A stretch of DNA of 64,000 bases from positions 1 through 64,000 of the forward strand of contig CAWJTV010000016.1 of assembly GCA_963845755.1 (NCBI GenBank), given 5' to 3'. The notes under the pieces were generated by a model. That model made no database searches. It was not told the DNA's origin and saw only the letters and a list, made by a program, of their open reading frames with translations. The position numbers and the translations under genes were made by a program. Below, piece by piece: positions 1 through 10,500 of the stretch. The first letter of the stretch is position 1, and the number at the start of each line of letters is the position of its first letter. The DNA comes from an uncultured Planctomycetota bacterium (GTDB lineage Bacteria; Planctomycetota; Planctomycetia; Isosphaerales; Isosphaeraceae).

Positions 1-605
1 GTGAGCCGATCGGTGCGATGAGTCTGGGGAACCCCTCCCAGTTCCCAAAGGGCGTTCTGGAGCCCCTGGCTGAGGCTCTCGAAACTTTCGGAGAAACAGA
101 CGGTGCCGGTCTCCCAGTTGGAGTAGGTCAGAACGAAGTGATAGACCAGGTGATCGAACGATTGGCCAGCGAGTGTGACCTGCAAATCGTTCAGGGAAGT
201 GAAGTCGGAGGCGCCCAACGCGCCGGGCGTGTGGATCTGATCGAAGAAAACCTCCTTGGGTGGACCGTCGGTGGCCCGCCACGCTTTGATCTTCCGTTGC
301 AAGGTCCGGAGCTGGCCGTCGGGGAACCGGCCCGGGAAGCGATGCTGAAGATCCTCAAACAGGGTCTTGGCTTGGAGCCCCGGGTTGAGCACCAGCCGAT
401 CGTGGAGTTCCGGCCAGACTTCCTGGAACGGATCCTCCCGGGTCCGCCAGGTCTTGGGAGTCCACGATTCACTGGGCAGGCGATCCGAGTCTCGGTACTT
501 TTGAGCGGTCTTGGCGTCCATACCCACCTTCCAAGCCGCACGGTAGAGCGGCATTCCCTCGCCGAGAAGCTGGCGAAGCTTGAGAACCTGGATGTCCTTG
601 GTCAT
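1..605 (-). CDS. istA: IS21-family transposase IstA (N-terminal part, truncated by the window edge)
   Basis: Minus-strand frame missing from the ORF track: MTKDIQVLKLRQ...WRTREDPF...QLRTLQRKIKAWRA...KEVFFDQ...FDHLVYHFVLTYSNWETGTVCFSESFESL. These are IstA-like motifs. Confidence 0.85.
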   Translation of the reverse strand, partial: MTKDIQVLKLRQLLGEGMPLYRAAWKVGMDAKTAQKYRDSDRLPSESWTPKTWRTREDPFQEVWPELHDRLVLNPGLQAKTLFEDLQHRFPGRFPDGQLRTLQRKIKAWRATDGPPKEVFFDQIHTPGALGASDFTSLNDLQVTLAGQSFDHLVYHFVLTYSNWETGTVCFSESFESLSQGLQNALWELGGVPQTHRTDRL

Positions 606-711
606 GGTGGTTGCCTCCTGACCGAGGAGGAAACCACGTAGTGAACAACCAAGCGAGAGGAGGCGGGAATTCTGATTGTCGCTGGGCGGGAATTCTAATT
701 GTCGCTAATCA
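1..711 (-). mobile_element. IS21-family element, left end plus 5' part of istA (runs off the window); inserted into a group II intron ORF
   Basis: Minus-strand end reads TGATTAGCGACAATTAGAATTCCCGCC. The GCGGGAATTCT(G/A)ATTGTCGCT motif is repeated in tandem at 663-706, as is typical of IS21 ends. RT-coding sequence begins immediately at 712. Confidence 0.85.
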
Positions 712-1241
712 GGGCAGGTGGAATAAAGTCAAAGCCCTGGTTTACCTGCTCACTCACTCATATAGTGGCCGGGCTCTGGCCATTCTACGAGTTATCAGCA
801 ATTCGGGTGCAAGAACTCCGGGCGTGGACGGAATCCTCTGGACCACGCCGGAGGCCAAGACGAGGGCCTTCAACGCCTTGCGTCGGCACGGCTATCAGCC
901 GCAACCGCTCCGCAGGGTGTACATTCCCAAGAGCAACGGCCGCCGCCGCGCCCTCGGGATTCCCACCATGGCCGATCGAGCTATGCAGGCCCTCCACCTG
1001 CTCGGTCTCGATCCCATCGCGGAATCTCAAGCCGACGGTCACTCCTATGGCTTTCGGTTGGAACGATGCTGCGCCGATGCTCTGGATCAATGTCACAAGA
1101 TCCTGAGGAATCCCACCGGTCCGAAATGGATTTTGGAAGGGGATATCAAAGCATGCTTTGATCAAATCAGCCATAACTGGCTGCTGGACCACATCCCCAT
1201 GGACAAGGACATGCTCAGGAAATGGTTGAAGGCCGGTTTCC

Positions 1242-2774
1242 GTAGCCGTTCACACCCCGAACAATTTGTACAGTTAGTTCGTATTACTGTATATGAGTCA
1301 GCAGCTTCCGATCCCTGAGCCACTCTGGAGCACCGTGCCCGAGGACGCGCAAGCCGCCCTCCTCGATGCCTGGAATGTGCTCCGGGATGAGATCGCCGAG
1401 TTGAAGACCACCGTGCGCGATCTCCGGGCCCGGCTCGGACTCAACTCGACGAATTCCTCCAAGCCCCCCTCTTCCGACCCGATCGGCCTGAAACGAAAGC
1501 CGCCGACTCCGCCTTCGCGGCGCAAACGCGGCGGACAACCCGGCCATCGCAAGGCGTTCCGCGCCCTGGTCCCTCCCGAGGAGCTCCGATCGTCCACCGA
1601 TCGTCGGCCCGGGGCCTGTCGTCGCTGCGGCCATGCGCTGCACGGCGAGGATCCCACACCCTTGATCCATCAGGTCGCCGACCTGCCCCGGATCGAGCCA
1701 CTCGTGGACGAATACCGGCTGCATCGGCTCGCTTGTCCGGACTGTGGGACGACCACGTGTGCGACCCTCCCCGAGGGGGTCTCCACCAGCCACTTCAGCC
1801 CGTACACTCAGGCCGTGCTGGCGACCCTGGCCGGCGCCTACCGCCTCAGCAAGCGGCAGATCCAGCAACTCGCCGGCGATCTGTTGGGGCTGTCGATCTC
1901 CACCGGGATGATCTCCAAGCTGGAGCGACAATCGGCCGCCGTGCTGGAGGCCCCCTATAACGAGCTGGCCGTCGCCGTCCACACGGCGGAGGTGATCCAT
2001 GCCGACGAGACCTCCTGGCGGGAGGAGCGGCGCAAGGCCTGGCTTTGGGCGGCGGTGACCGCGATGTTCACCGTCTTCACCATCGCCCGCAACCGCACCG
2101 CCAAGGTGGCCCGAGCGGTCCTGGGGACGCACGACGGCTCGATCGCGGTGACCGACCGTTGCAGTTCCTACGACTGGATCGCCGCGGCCGGCCGGCAGAT
2201 CTGCTGGAGCCATCTCCGCCGCGATTTCCAGGCGATGATCGACCGCGGCGGGGCGGCCGAACCGATCGGCCGACGACTGTTGAGGCTGTCGGATCGGTTG
2301 TACCGCTGGTGGCATCGCCTCGAGGCCGAGCGGGTGGATCGGGGGCGATTCCGCGCGACGATGACCCGGGTGAGGCGCGAGGTCAAAGCGGCGCTGGACG
2401 ACGGTGCGCGGTGCGGATGTCCGCGGACGCGCGGGATGTGCGCCGAGATCCTGCGCGTGGAGGGGAGCTTGTGGACCTTCGCGCGGGTCGAGGGGGTGCC
2501 TCCCGACAACAATGCGGCGGAGCGCCGCCGAGCGGCACGCCGTGATCTGGCGGCGGATCAGCGGGGGGACCGACAGGCGCAGGGGAGCCGGTTCGTCGAG
2601 CGGATGTTGACCGTGGTGGCCACGTGCCGGCAGCAGGGACGAGACGTGCTGGGCTACCTGACATCGTGCTTTGAAGCGGCTCGGAGCAACCAATCGATCC
2701 CCTCCCTCGTCCCGGTGACTCCACCAAAGATCGAGGCCGCCTAATTCCAGCTATCACGCCCCATGAACGGGTAC
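1242..2774 (+). mobile_element. IS66-family single-ORF element, copy 1
   Basis: Ends GTAGCCGTTCA...TGAACGGGTAC; 8-bp TSD CGGTTTCC at 1234-1241 and 2775-2782. Confidence 0.95.
1293..2744 (+). CDS. IS66-family transposase
   Basis: NSTNSSKPPSSD, GGQPGH, zinc ribbon, HADETSW, QICWSHLRRDF, PDNNAAER motifs. Confidence 0.93.
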   Translation: MSQQLPIPEPLWSTVPEDAQAALLDAWNVLRDEIAELKTTVRDLRARLGLNSTNSSKPPSSDPIGLKRKPPTPPSRRKRGGQPGHRKAFRALVPPEELRSSTDRRPGACRRCGHALHGEDPTPLIHQVADLPRIEPLVDEYRLHRLACPDCGTTTCATLPEGVSTSHFSPYTQAVLATLAGAYRLSKRQIQQLAGDLLGLSISTGMISKLERQSAAVLEAPYNELAVAVHTAEVIHADETSWREERRKAWLWAAVTAMFTVFTIARNRTAKVARAVLGTHDGSIAVTDRCSSYDWIAAAGRQICWSHLRRDFQAMIDRGGAAEPIGRRLLRLSDRLYRWWHRLEAERVDRGRFRATMTRVRREVKAALDDGARCGCPRTRGMCAEILRVEGSLWTFARVEGVPPDNNAAERRRAARRDLAADQRGDRQAQGSRFVERMLTVVATCRQQGRDVLGYLTSCFEAARSNQSIPSLVPVTPPKIEAA

Positions 2775-2835
2775 CGGTTTCCTGGAGAAGCAAGTTCTCT
2801 TCGCCACCACGGAAGGCACACCTCAAGGAGGGATC

Positions 2836-4479
2836 ATCACGCCCCCAACAATGTTGCAAAGAACCCTGTTGGGGGCCTCCCTCAAAAGGGGACGGACTGA
2901 TCCGATACACGATGCGGACCTCCTGCTCGTCGATCTCGACCTTCTTCACCAAAGCCCGAACGATCGCCCGTCGCGTGGCCCAGTCCGGCTCTTGCAACTC
3001 GTGGGAAACGCGTCTCGCGAACTCCTCCAACTGGCCGATCACCAGCCGCAGTTCGGCTTCCTGGTTGGCCTCGTCAATCTGCTGCCGACACTCATCCTCC
3101 AGTTTGGCCAGGCGCTCGCGCGCTGCCAAGATCCTCGGCTCGAACTCCGACTTGTTAAGTAATCCCTCGCCGTAGGCATCGATCAATCGAGCGATCATCT
3201 TTTTTAGATTCGCAATCAATTTGTTGAGATGCTTCACCTCGCGGTCTGGGCCTGTCTCCGGCCCGTGCAGCCGCCGTTCGTACTCCACTCGAACCCGTTC
3301 GGGCTCGGACAAGAGATGACGCACATCTTCCCAGACGGCGGCGTCCAAGACATCCGTGCGGACCTGCTTGTTCCAACACAGTCGCTGGCCACCGAAACGA
3401 TAGGCGTCGGAGCCGGTGCAGCGGTAGTAGGCGTAGGGGACCTTCCCCTTGGCCGAGGCCCGGCTCACCGGCTTGCCGTAGCAGCCGTAGCCGCACCGTT
3501 TGCAGACAACTAACCCCTGGAGGAGATAGCGGTCGCCACGGAGCCGTTCGCCCGGCGTTGCCGGTTCTCCTCGATTTGAGCTTGAACCATCCCGAAGAGT
3601 TCCTCGCTCACCAAACCGGGGACATCGATGAAGATTTGTTCTTGCGTGGATGTATCGACCCGAGAGACAGGACGCCGGGGCTGCTCAGGACGGCCGCGTT
3701 GCGCGCAGCCGCTTCGGCTTGAGGGCGCCCGCGCGCGTCTTGCCGAAACCGGCCGTCCCCTTGTAGGCAGGGTTCCTGAGATACGACCAGATCACCGAGC
3801 GGTCCCAGGCCGATTTGCCCGTCCGCGTGGGGACGCCGTCGCGTTGCAGACGTCGGCAAACCTCACCGATCGAGCATCGTTCCTGGCCGACCCACCCGAA
3901 GATCTTCCGCACGATCCGCGCCTCGTCGGCCACGACCTGATAACGCGCCGCGCCGCCGCCCTCATGCTTGCCGATGTAGCGGTAGCCATACGGCGCGCCG
4001 CTGAGCACGTTGACCGAGCCGTGGCGGGCGGCGTACTGCTTGCCTCGGCGACACCGCTCCATGATCTTGGCACGCTCGTATTCAGCGATCATGCCCTGGA
4101 CCTGCACAAGCAGGTTCTCTTCGGGTCCGTGACCCAGGGGATTGCGCAGGAAGACGACCTCAACGCCGCACCGGGCCAGTTCCTCGAGTATCAAAACCTG
4201 GTAGGCATATTTGCGCGAAAGTCGATCGGGATCGAGAATGTAGAGGCGATCGATGGTCCCAGCAGCGGCCTGGTCCCGAAGTCGTTCGAGGCCCGGGCGG
4301 ACCAGGGTATCCCCGGTGTAGCCATCGTCCACAAAGCACAGCTCGGGGGAGCATACCAAGCCGTCGCTCGCGACGCGCTGCCTGATCGCCTCAAGCTGGC
4401 TGGCGATCGTGTCCTCCTTGGACTGTTGGTCCCCGGAGACCCGGCCATAGGTCCCCACACAGAGATCGTGATTGAGCAT
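2836..4479 (-). CDS. Large serine recombinase (catalytic, recombinase, zinc-ribbon and coiled-coil domains); apparent frameshifts near 3550-3690
   Basis: YGRVSGDQQ, DDGYTG..RPGLERL, DRLSR, AEYERAKIMER, PYGY, YLLQGLVVCKRCG, YYRC. The reading frame runs out through the att site (LQHCWGRD). Confidence 0.9.
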
Positions 4480-4485
4480 GGCTGG

Positions 4486-4698
4486 TCAAGCTCCTCTGGC
4501 CTTTGATCGGAGTCCCTGCATCGTTGTGGTGGCCTGCTCGTTGTCGTGAGATCGCGATCGCGACCGTTCCAGGTGGCGAGAAACGACCGGGATCAAGGCC
4601 TGGTATGCCAGCGCGATCACCTCATCCTGAAACCGGGTGAACTCGAAATGGCGGGTGACGGGAGGGCTCAGGGCTGACCTCCGTTGAGATGTAATCAT
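4486..4698 (-). CDS. Small hypothetical protein upstream of the recombinase
   Basis: 70-aa ORF with a GGAGAGG RBS-like sequence; its stop lies 6 nt before the recombinase start; it is the only other ORF in the element. Confidence 0.55.
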   Translation of the reverse strand: MITSQRRSALSPPVTRHFEFTRFQDEVIALAYQALIPVVSRHLERSRSRSHDNEQATTTMQGLRSKARGA

Positions 4699-5861
4699 GT
4701 TGACTCATCCTCTCCAAGACCGCGGCTGTCAGCCTGCCTTGGACGGGGATCGAGCCCGGGCTGCCATCCTTGCCCATACTTCGGTCGGAGCCGCGATCTG
4801 GAAATGACAGAGTCAGGGATCAGGGACAGTTTTGCAACATTGTTGGGGGCGTGATCTCTCCTGCGCTGGCGAATCGGACGTTAGATGGGCTCCAGCAGTT
4901 GTTGGAGCAACGCTTTGGCACCCGAGGCCATCGGCGTGACGAAGCCAAGGTCCATCTGGTCCGCTATGCGGATGACTTCATCATCACCAGCACCTCACGA
5001 ATCCTCCTGCAACGCGAAGTCCAACCTCTCGTGGAACACTTCCTACGTCAGCGGGGTCTCGAACTCTCCCACGAGAAAACCAGGATCACGCATTTGGAGA
5101 ACGGCTTCGATTTCCTTGGCCAAACGGTCCGACGTTACCGCAGTGGCAAGGTCTTGACCAAGCCATCAAAACGAAGCGTCAAGACCTTCTTGACCAAGAT
5201 CCAGGAAACGATCGACAACTCGGGGAGCATGACGGCTGGAGACTTGATCCTGCGTTTGAACCAACAGATCAAAGGCTGGACCATGTACCATCGTTATGTC
5301 GCGAGTAAACGCACCTTCGCGACTGTGGACAACCGAATCTTCTGGAAGCTGAAACGATGGTGTCATCGACGCCATCCGCAGAAGAGTTGGAAGTGGATCA
5401 AGACGAAATACTTTCAACAAGTGGGTCACCGAGACTGGGTGTTCACGGGCACAATCCGTGACAGCACGGGCAAGGGCCGACCCATCCAGCTCATGAACGC
5501 CGTGGGAGCCAAAATCCTGCGGTGGGTGAAGATTCGGAGTGCCGCCAACCCCTACGATCCGGAGTGGGAACTCTACTTGGAAGAACGGCTGGCCTGGAAG
5601 CTCAGCCACACTCTGGCGGGTCGAGGACGGATCGAATATCTCTGGAAGGAACAGCAGGGACGTTGCGTGGTGTGCAGGCAAGCGCTTCACGCCGAAGAGC
5701 AACCCTGGCACATCCACCATCGGGTCTGGCGCAGTCACGGTGGCCAGGAGACGTGTGACAACCTGGAAGTGCTCCACGCCAACTGCCATCGACAAGTCCA
5801 CGCCCAGAAGCAATCGCTGAAGAACCCAGCCGCGTCCTGAGAGGGGCGTTAGTGAAGGCTT

Positions 5862-5936
5862 GAGCCGTATGAGGCGCAAGTCTCAAGTACGGTTCTTAGG
5901 GGGCGGGGAGACAGCAATGTCTCCCTGCTACCCGAC
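5862..5936 (+). ncRNA. Group II intron domains V and VI, 3' splice site
   Basis: GAGCCGTATGAG-GCGCAAG-TCTCAAGTACGGTTC (AGC triad) followed by the DVI hairpin, ending in AC. Confidence 0.9.
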
Positions 5937-6133
5937 AGGACCGCCCGCCGGAGCCACGCTGAGGTCGTCGAAGTCCCGCCCGGTCTGGGCCGCGAACCCG
6001 CCGTCCCGGGCGAGATTTTCGGGTAGACTTGAATGGATTCGCTACGCCGGGTCAAGGCGCCCGGATCGGGCCAGCCTCGGCGCCAGCACCCGGGTCCTCG
6101 TGTTCCCTTCCCACGCCCTCAGGAGATCCTACG

Positions 6134-6490
6134 ATGACGACCAAGGCGACCATCCACGTCCCCGGGCTCAAGGTCACGATGCCGCTGGCCGCCGACGCTC
6201 TGCCCCGCGACCTCGTGCCGATGGAGGGGCCGGCCGGTGAGCCCACTCTCGAGCTGGTCCTCGACGGCGGTCCGCTGACGGCGCAGGCGCGGCTCAACGG
6301 CAAGAACTATCGCAAGATGCTCAAGCAGATCGCCGAGCACGACGCCGGCTCCGTCGTGGTGGTCCTGCAAGGGGTCTTGCGGCCGCCGGCGGCCCCGGGT
6401 GGGCCGTTCGTGCTGGAGGGGGCCGGCTTCCAGGTCAACGTCAAGACGCCCCGTCCGGCCGAACCGGCCGGGGAGCCGCCGCCGAGCTGA
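6134..6490 (+). CDS. Hypothetical protein
   Basis: AGGAG RBS then ATG; GC-rich third codon positions. Confidence 0.65.
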   Translation: MTTKATIHVPGLKVTMPLAADALPRDLVPMEGPAGEPTLELVLDGGPLTAQARLNGKNYRKMLKQIAEHDAGSVVVVLQGVLRPPAAPGGPFVLEGAGFQVNVKTPRPAEPAGEPPPS

Positions 6491-6615
6491 GTCGGGTCCG
6501 GCCCGGCCGCTGGCCCGCTCGTCGCTTACGCCGGTTCGCGATTGCGATGCGACTCACGACCGGAGCTCGGGCAGCTCGGATCGGCAAGCCCGGTGTAAAC
6601 GACCCGCTGGGTGAA

Positions 6616-7557
6616 TCAAGGCGAGAGTTCGCCGGGTGGGCTGGGCTGACCTTCCGGCGGCAGGCGGCGGTGGATTGCGAAATCGTAGAGGAAGCTCCCG
6701 GCGAGGGCACCGGCGAGTGGGGCGACGATCGGGATCCAGAAGTATCCGCCGTGCGATCGGAAGACGGCCGGTCCCCAGCCCATGAGGGCCGAGGCGAGTC
6801 GCGGGCCGAGGTCACGCGCCGGGTTGATGGCATAGCCGGTCAGGCCGCCCAGCGACAGGCCGATTACCCAGACCAGTCCGCCCAGCGCCAGCGGCTCGAC
6901 GTAACCACCGGGAGCTGCATTGCGACGATCGGTCAGGGCCCGGACGCCCAATAGCAGGACCGCTGTGCCCAGGAATTCACTGAGGATGTTCCGCCAGGGT
7001 GTGTCAAAGGTCGGGTAGGTCGCGAACACCCCGGCTCCGCCGGCCGCCGGACCGGCCAGCTTACCGTTAACCATCTCCCCACGGGTCACGTGCTCATCGC
7101 GCTCGAAGGCGCGGAACGCCTCGGAATAATCGGCGTAGACCAGGAGCGCCCCGACGAAGGCACCGGCCAGTTGGGCGCCCCAGTAAGGGAACACGCGCGT
7201 GCGCGGGAACGCACCGCGTGCGGCCAGGGCCAGCGTCACGGCCGGGTTGATGTGTCCGCCGCTCAATCGCCCGCAGACATAGACCGCCAGGGCGACGGCC
7301 AGACCCCAGGCCGTGGTGATCATCATCTTGTCGGACGTCTTGTTCAGCAGGACGTCTCCGGCGACCACACCATCTCCGAGCAGGATGAGCAGCGCCGTTC
7401 CGAGGAACTCTCCCATCATCGCGGAACGAAGTGGGGGTCCCTCCGTGGCACTCGGTGATTCCTCGGAAGTGCTGGCGTGTTGGGCCAGGACGTGGGTACC
7501 GCTCATGGGGCGATGGCTCCTTCGAGGACGAATTCCAGCAAGGCGTTCTTCACTCAC
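6616..7557 (-). CDS. MIP-family channel (aquaglyceroporin, GlpF-like)
   Basis: SGGHINPAVT and GYAINPARD motifs; hydrophobic helices. Confidence 0.93.
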   Translation of the reverse strand: MSEERLAGIRPRRSHRPMSGTHVLAQHASTSEESPSATEGPPLRSAMMGEFLGTALLILLGDGVVAGDVLLNKTSDKMMITTAWGLAVALAVYVCGRLSGGHINPAVTLALAARGAFPRTRVFPYWGAQLAGAFVGALLVYADYSEAFRAFERDEHVTRGEMVNGKLAGPAAGGAGVFATYPTFDTPWRNILSEFLGTAVLLLGVRALTDRRNAAPGGYVEPLALGGLVWVIGLSLGGLTGYAINPARDLGPRLASALMGWGPAVFRSHGGYFWIPIVAPLAGALAGSFLYDFAIHRRLPPEGQPSPPGELSP

Positions 7558-10500
7558 CAGCGGAAGAAGCGGTACGGATCATCCCATTCTTCGGGCTGAT
7601 CGAGGTAGAGGCCATCCCGCCATCGTCGTTCGGGGGATGCGGCCACGACCGGGGTCTGGAAGCGGGCCAGGACCGGCGTGGCGCCGTTGACGCCCATGTT
7701 GGCGAGCAATCGGGATACGAGGAACGAGGCGCGTCGATACGTCCGCTTGACGTTGGGCTTCCCGCCGTAATCGTCGAACTGCCAGGGCACGAGTTGACAG
7801 AAGACGGCGGGGACGCCCTCGGCCCGGGCCAGGACGCCGTCGCCGATGATGGTGGCACCCGCCGTGATGAGGGGCAGCTCTCGAGGGTCGCGGTTGTGGA
7901 CGTCCGCCGGCCCCACTCCAGCCAGGAGCGAATGCGCATCGAAGGGATCGAAGCCGGCCGCGATGTGCTCGGCTTTCTTCATGCGGACTTTGAAGGGGAG
8001 GAAGGTGTTTGCCTCGGCTTCATCGAGACCGATCGCCAGCACGTTCCCACCGGCCGGCAACCAGTCGGCGATGGCGGACGCGCGGGCCGCGAGCTTCCGC
8101 CCTCCTCCGGGACCCACCACGAGGACCTGGTGGTCGGTTAACAGGTTCGCCCCCTCGTCGGCATTGACGGAAATGCCCGCGGATTCGAGATGACGGATCC
8201 CGGCCGGATCGCCGGCATAAACGACGGTCCGGCGGGGGGCCGGCTTCCAGCTCGACACGTACTGGAAGAGGTTCCGCGCCAGCGACTCGCCCGCGGGATC
8301 GGCCTCGGAGCGTCCCGTCACGTCGAGCTGGCAGAACAGCACCATCCCCTGCCCTTCGCGGTATTCCAGGAGCGGGCTGTACTGGAGGCCATAGCCGCCG
8401 TCGAGGATCGGCAGGAAATTGCCGCGCGCGGGCTTTTCGATCAGGACCGAGGCCACGTTGCCGCGATTCCCGCAACGCCAGACGCGCGTCACCGGGATGT
8501 CACACCACTGGACCGTCGGGCCGTAGCGTGGCCGCATCTGGTAGCTGAGCCGCGGCGGCAGGATCGTGGCCTCGCCGCGCCAGTCGTGCAGATGCTCCGG
8601 ACCGATCCCGGCCAGGATCGGATGGCCGTCGATCCGGGGAAAGACCTGCCTCAAGCCGTACTCGGTGACGCGAAATCCCAGCCGTTTTTCCAGGACTTCC
8701 GCGGTCTGCTCGAACACGATGACCTTGAGACCGTCGCGCACGCGGCCGATGTCCGGCGCAGGGCCGTTCACGGTCAGGGCCGACTTGCCCACGATGAGCG
8801 TGTCGGCGGTCGACAGATCGGTGTTGGCATCGACGGACCAGCACGCGACATCCATCGCATCCAGGAGCCTACGGGTCTCCCCGTTCGGGTCGAACAGCGC
8901 GATCCTGCCGTTCGTCATCCGTGGCGCCGAGGGCCGGGGCAGGACGTGAAGGGAGAAGGAATCTTGCTGGACCTCGCCGGGGCCGAACGTGACTGTCGCA
9001 TGGAGATTGTATGCGCCCGGCGCCAGAGTGGCCGGTACGCGCAATTCTCAAGAGAATGCGTTCCTGTTGACCTGTCGGCACGTTGACGTTCGTGTGCCCA
9101 GCAGCCGCTTTGGGTAGGTCGAGCGACCACCGGCAGTCGGCTGTCACGGTCGTGCGGGAATTGTTGAGGACAATGATCTGCTTCTTTACCGTCTCGCCCG
9201 GATAGACGTTGTGGTCCTTGCTGGTGAAGTGTGCGGGAGGGCCGCCGATGTAGGCCAGCAGCGGGCGGTTGTTGCGCAACAGGGCCTCGCCGTCTGCCGT
9301 CGCGATCCAGTCCGTTCGGTCGAAGGCCAGGTCCATCCGCTCGTACTGTTGAGCGATGGTGTCCGGACTGAACCCCGGCGCTGGAGGTGGTCCCAGTCCA
9401 CGGGGAGCACTTTGCGGCGCCTCTCGACGCCGTCGCGCAACCTCCAGAAGTGACCGTGCTCCCACGGGGATGTCGCCGAGACGCCCCAGGTTCGAAAGGC
9501 GCGCCAGTTGTCCGAGAGATACCGGCCGATCACCGCGTGCCGGTCGTCGAAGAGGTTGGATCCCAGTTCATAAGGGTAATCCCAGCGGTGCCACAGGTTG
9601 CCGGTGCGGAACTGCCGGGCTTCCCAGGCGCAGGTTGGCCTTCTCCATCGCGCTGATCCGGAAGGCCTGGTCGCCGAGGAATTGCGCGTTCCATTCGGCG
9701 AAACAAACTTCCCACGGGACCCGGGCGCTGCCGAAGGTCCGTTCCCCCTTGTACCAGCCGCGGTACATGGCCCAGTCCCAGGTGAACGGCGCGCCATACT
9801 CGCAGGTGAACATCGGCTTGACGCCCCGGGTTGCCCAGTGTTCGAACCAATCGGACAGTTCCTGGATCGGTGCGAAGTTGGGATAAAAGTTGGTGGTGTG
9901 CATCGAGCCGAGGTTGCCCGATGAGTGGTGGTACACGATGCGGCTGGGGTCCAGGCGCCGGACGATGGCCTCGGCGCGCAGGGCGAGCCTGGTGTTGTTC
10001 AACGCCCAGGTCTCGCGCGGGTCGTGGATGCCATCGATCAGGTCGGGATTCATATCTTCGTTGTAACCGGTCGCGTTGTGGCTCATGGAGTAGAAGACGA
10101 CCGAGGGATGGTTCTGGGCCTGGCGGACGTAGAACTCGGCATGCCGCTGGTAGCCGTTGTCGCGATCGGCGTCGGGCGCCCGCCACTCGTAATGGCTGAA
10201 GTGAGGCTGGGAGAAGGAGACCAGCATGCCGACGTCGTCCGCCGCCCGGAGGATCTCCGCAAAGCTCAAATGGGAACCCGGCTCGCACCCATAGTTGTGG
10301 GTGTAGACGAAGTTGATGCCGAAGCTCTTGAGTCGTTCCAGGCTTTCGCGCGCGGCCGCGTAGCCGGCGGATGCCGCGCCGATTTGGGCATTGTCGAACG
10401 GGACAGCAGACAGGAAGATGCGCGTGCCGTTCAGGTAGAAGTCGCGGCCGTCGATCCAGAACTCGCGGAACCCGAAACGCACGTTCAGAGCAGTATCGAG

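Larger units (their letters stand above)
2836..4856 (-). mobile_element. Small integrative element encoding a large serine recombinase, integrated in the intron RT gene
   Basis: 25-bp perfect inverted repeats at 2836-2860 and 4831-4855; shared core ATC at both junctions; removal restores QGGIISPALA. Confidence 0.9.
712..5840 (+). pseudogene. ltrA: Group II intron reverse transcriptase/maturase with HNH endonuclease, split by insertions
   Basis: TPGVDG, RRVYIPK..G..R.LGIPT..DRAMQ, SYGFR, EGDIKACFD; then GTPQGGII | SPALAN; VRYADDF, GFDFLG; C-terminal HIHH...NLEVLHANCHRQVH. The fragments rejoin in frame when the insertions are removed. Confidence 0.92.
712..5936 (+). mobile_element. Group II intron (IIB/chloroplast-like lineage likely); 5' end lies outside the window; interrupted by three elements
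   Basis: RT fragments at 712-1241, 2783-2838 and 4857-5840, followed by DV/DVI ending ...CTACCCGAC at 5936. Confidence 0.92.

Noticed and set aside
18..641. 207-aa plus-strand ORF
   Set aside because: Antisense shadow of istA on the minus strand.
1286..1304. Possible LexA box upstream of the IS66 transposase (CTGTATAT...CAG)
   Set aside because: Spacing does not fit CTG-N10-CAG, and that motif is not established for this lineage.
712..5840. RT as a retron, DGR or CRISPR-associated RT
   Set aside because: It has maturase and HNH domains plus DV/DVI, so it is a group II intron. I saw no TR/VR pair, msr-msd or cas genes.
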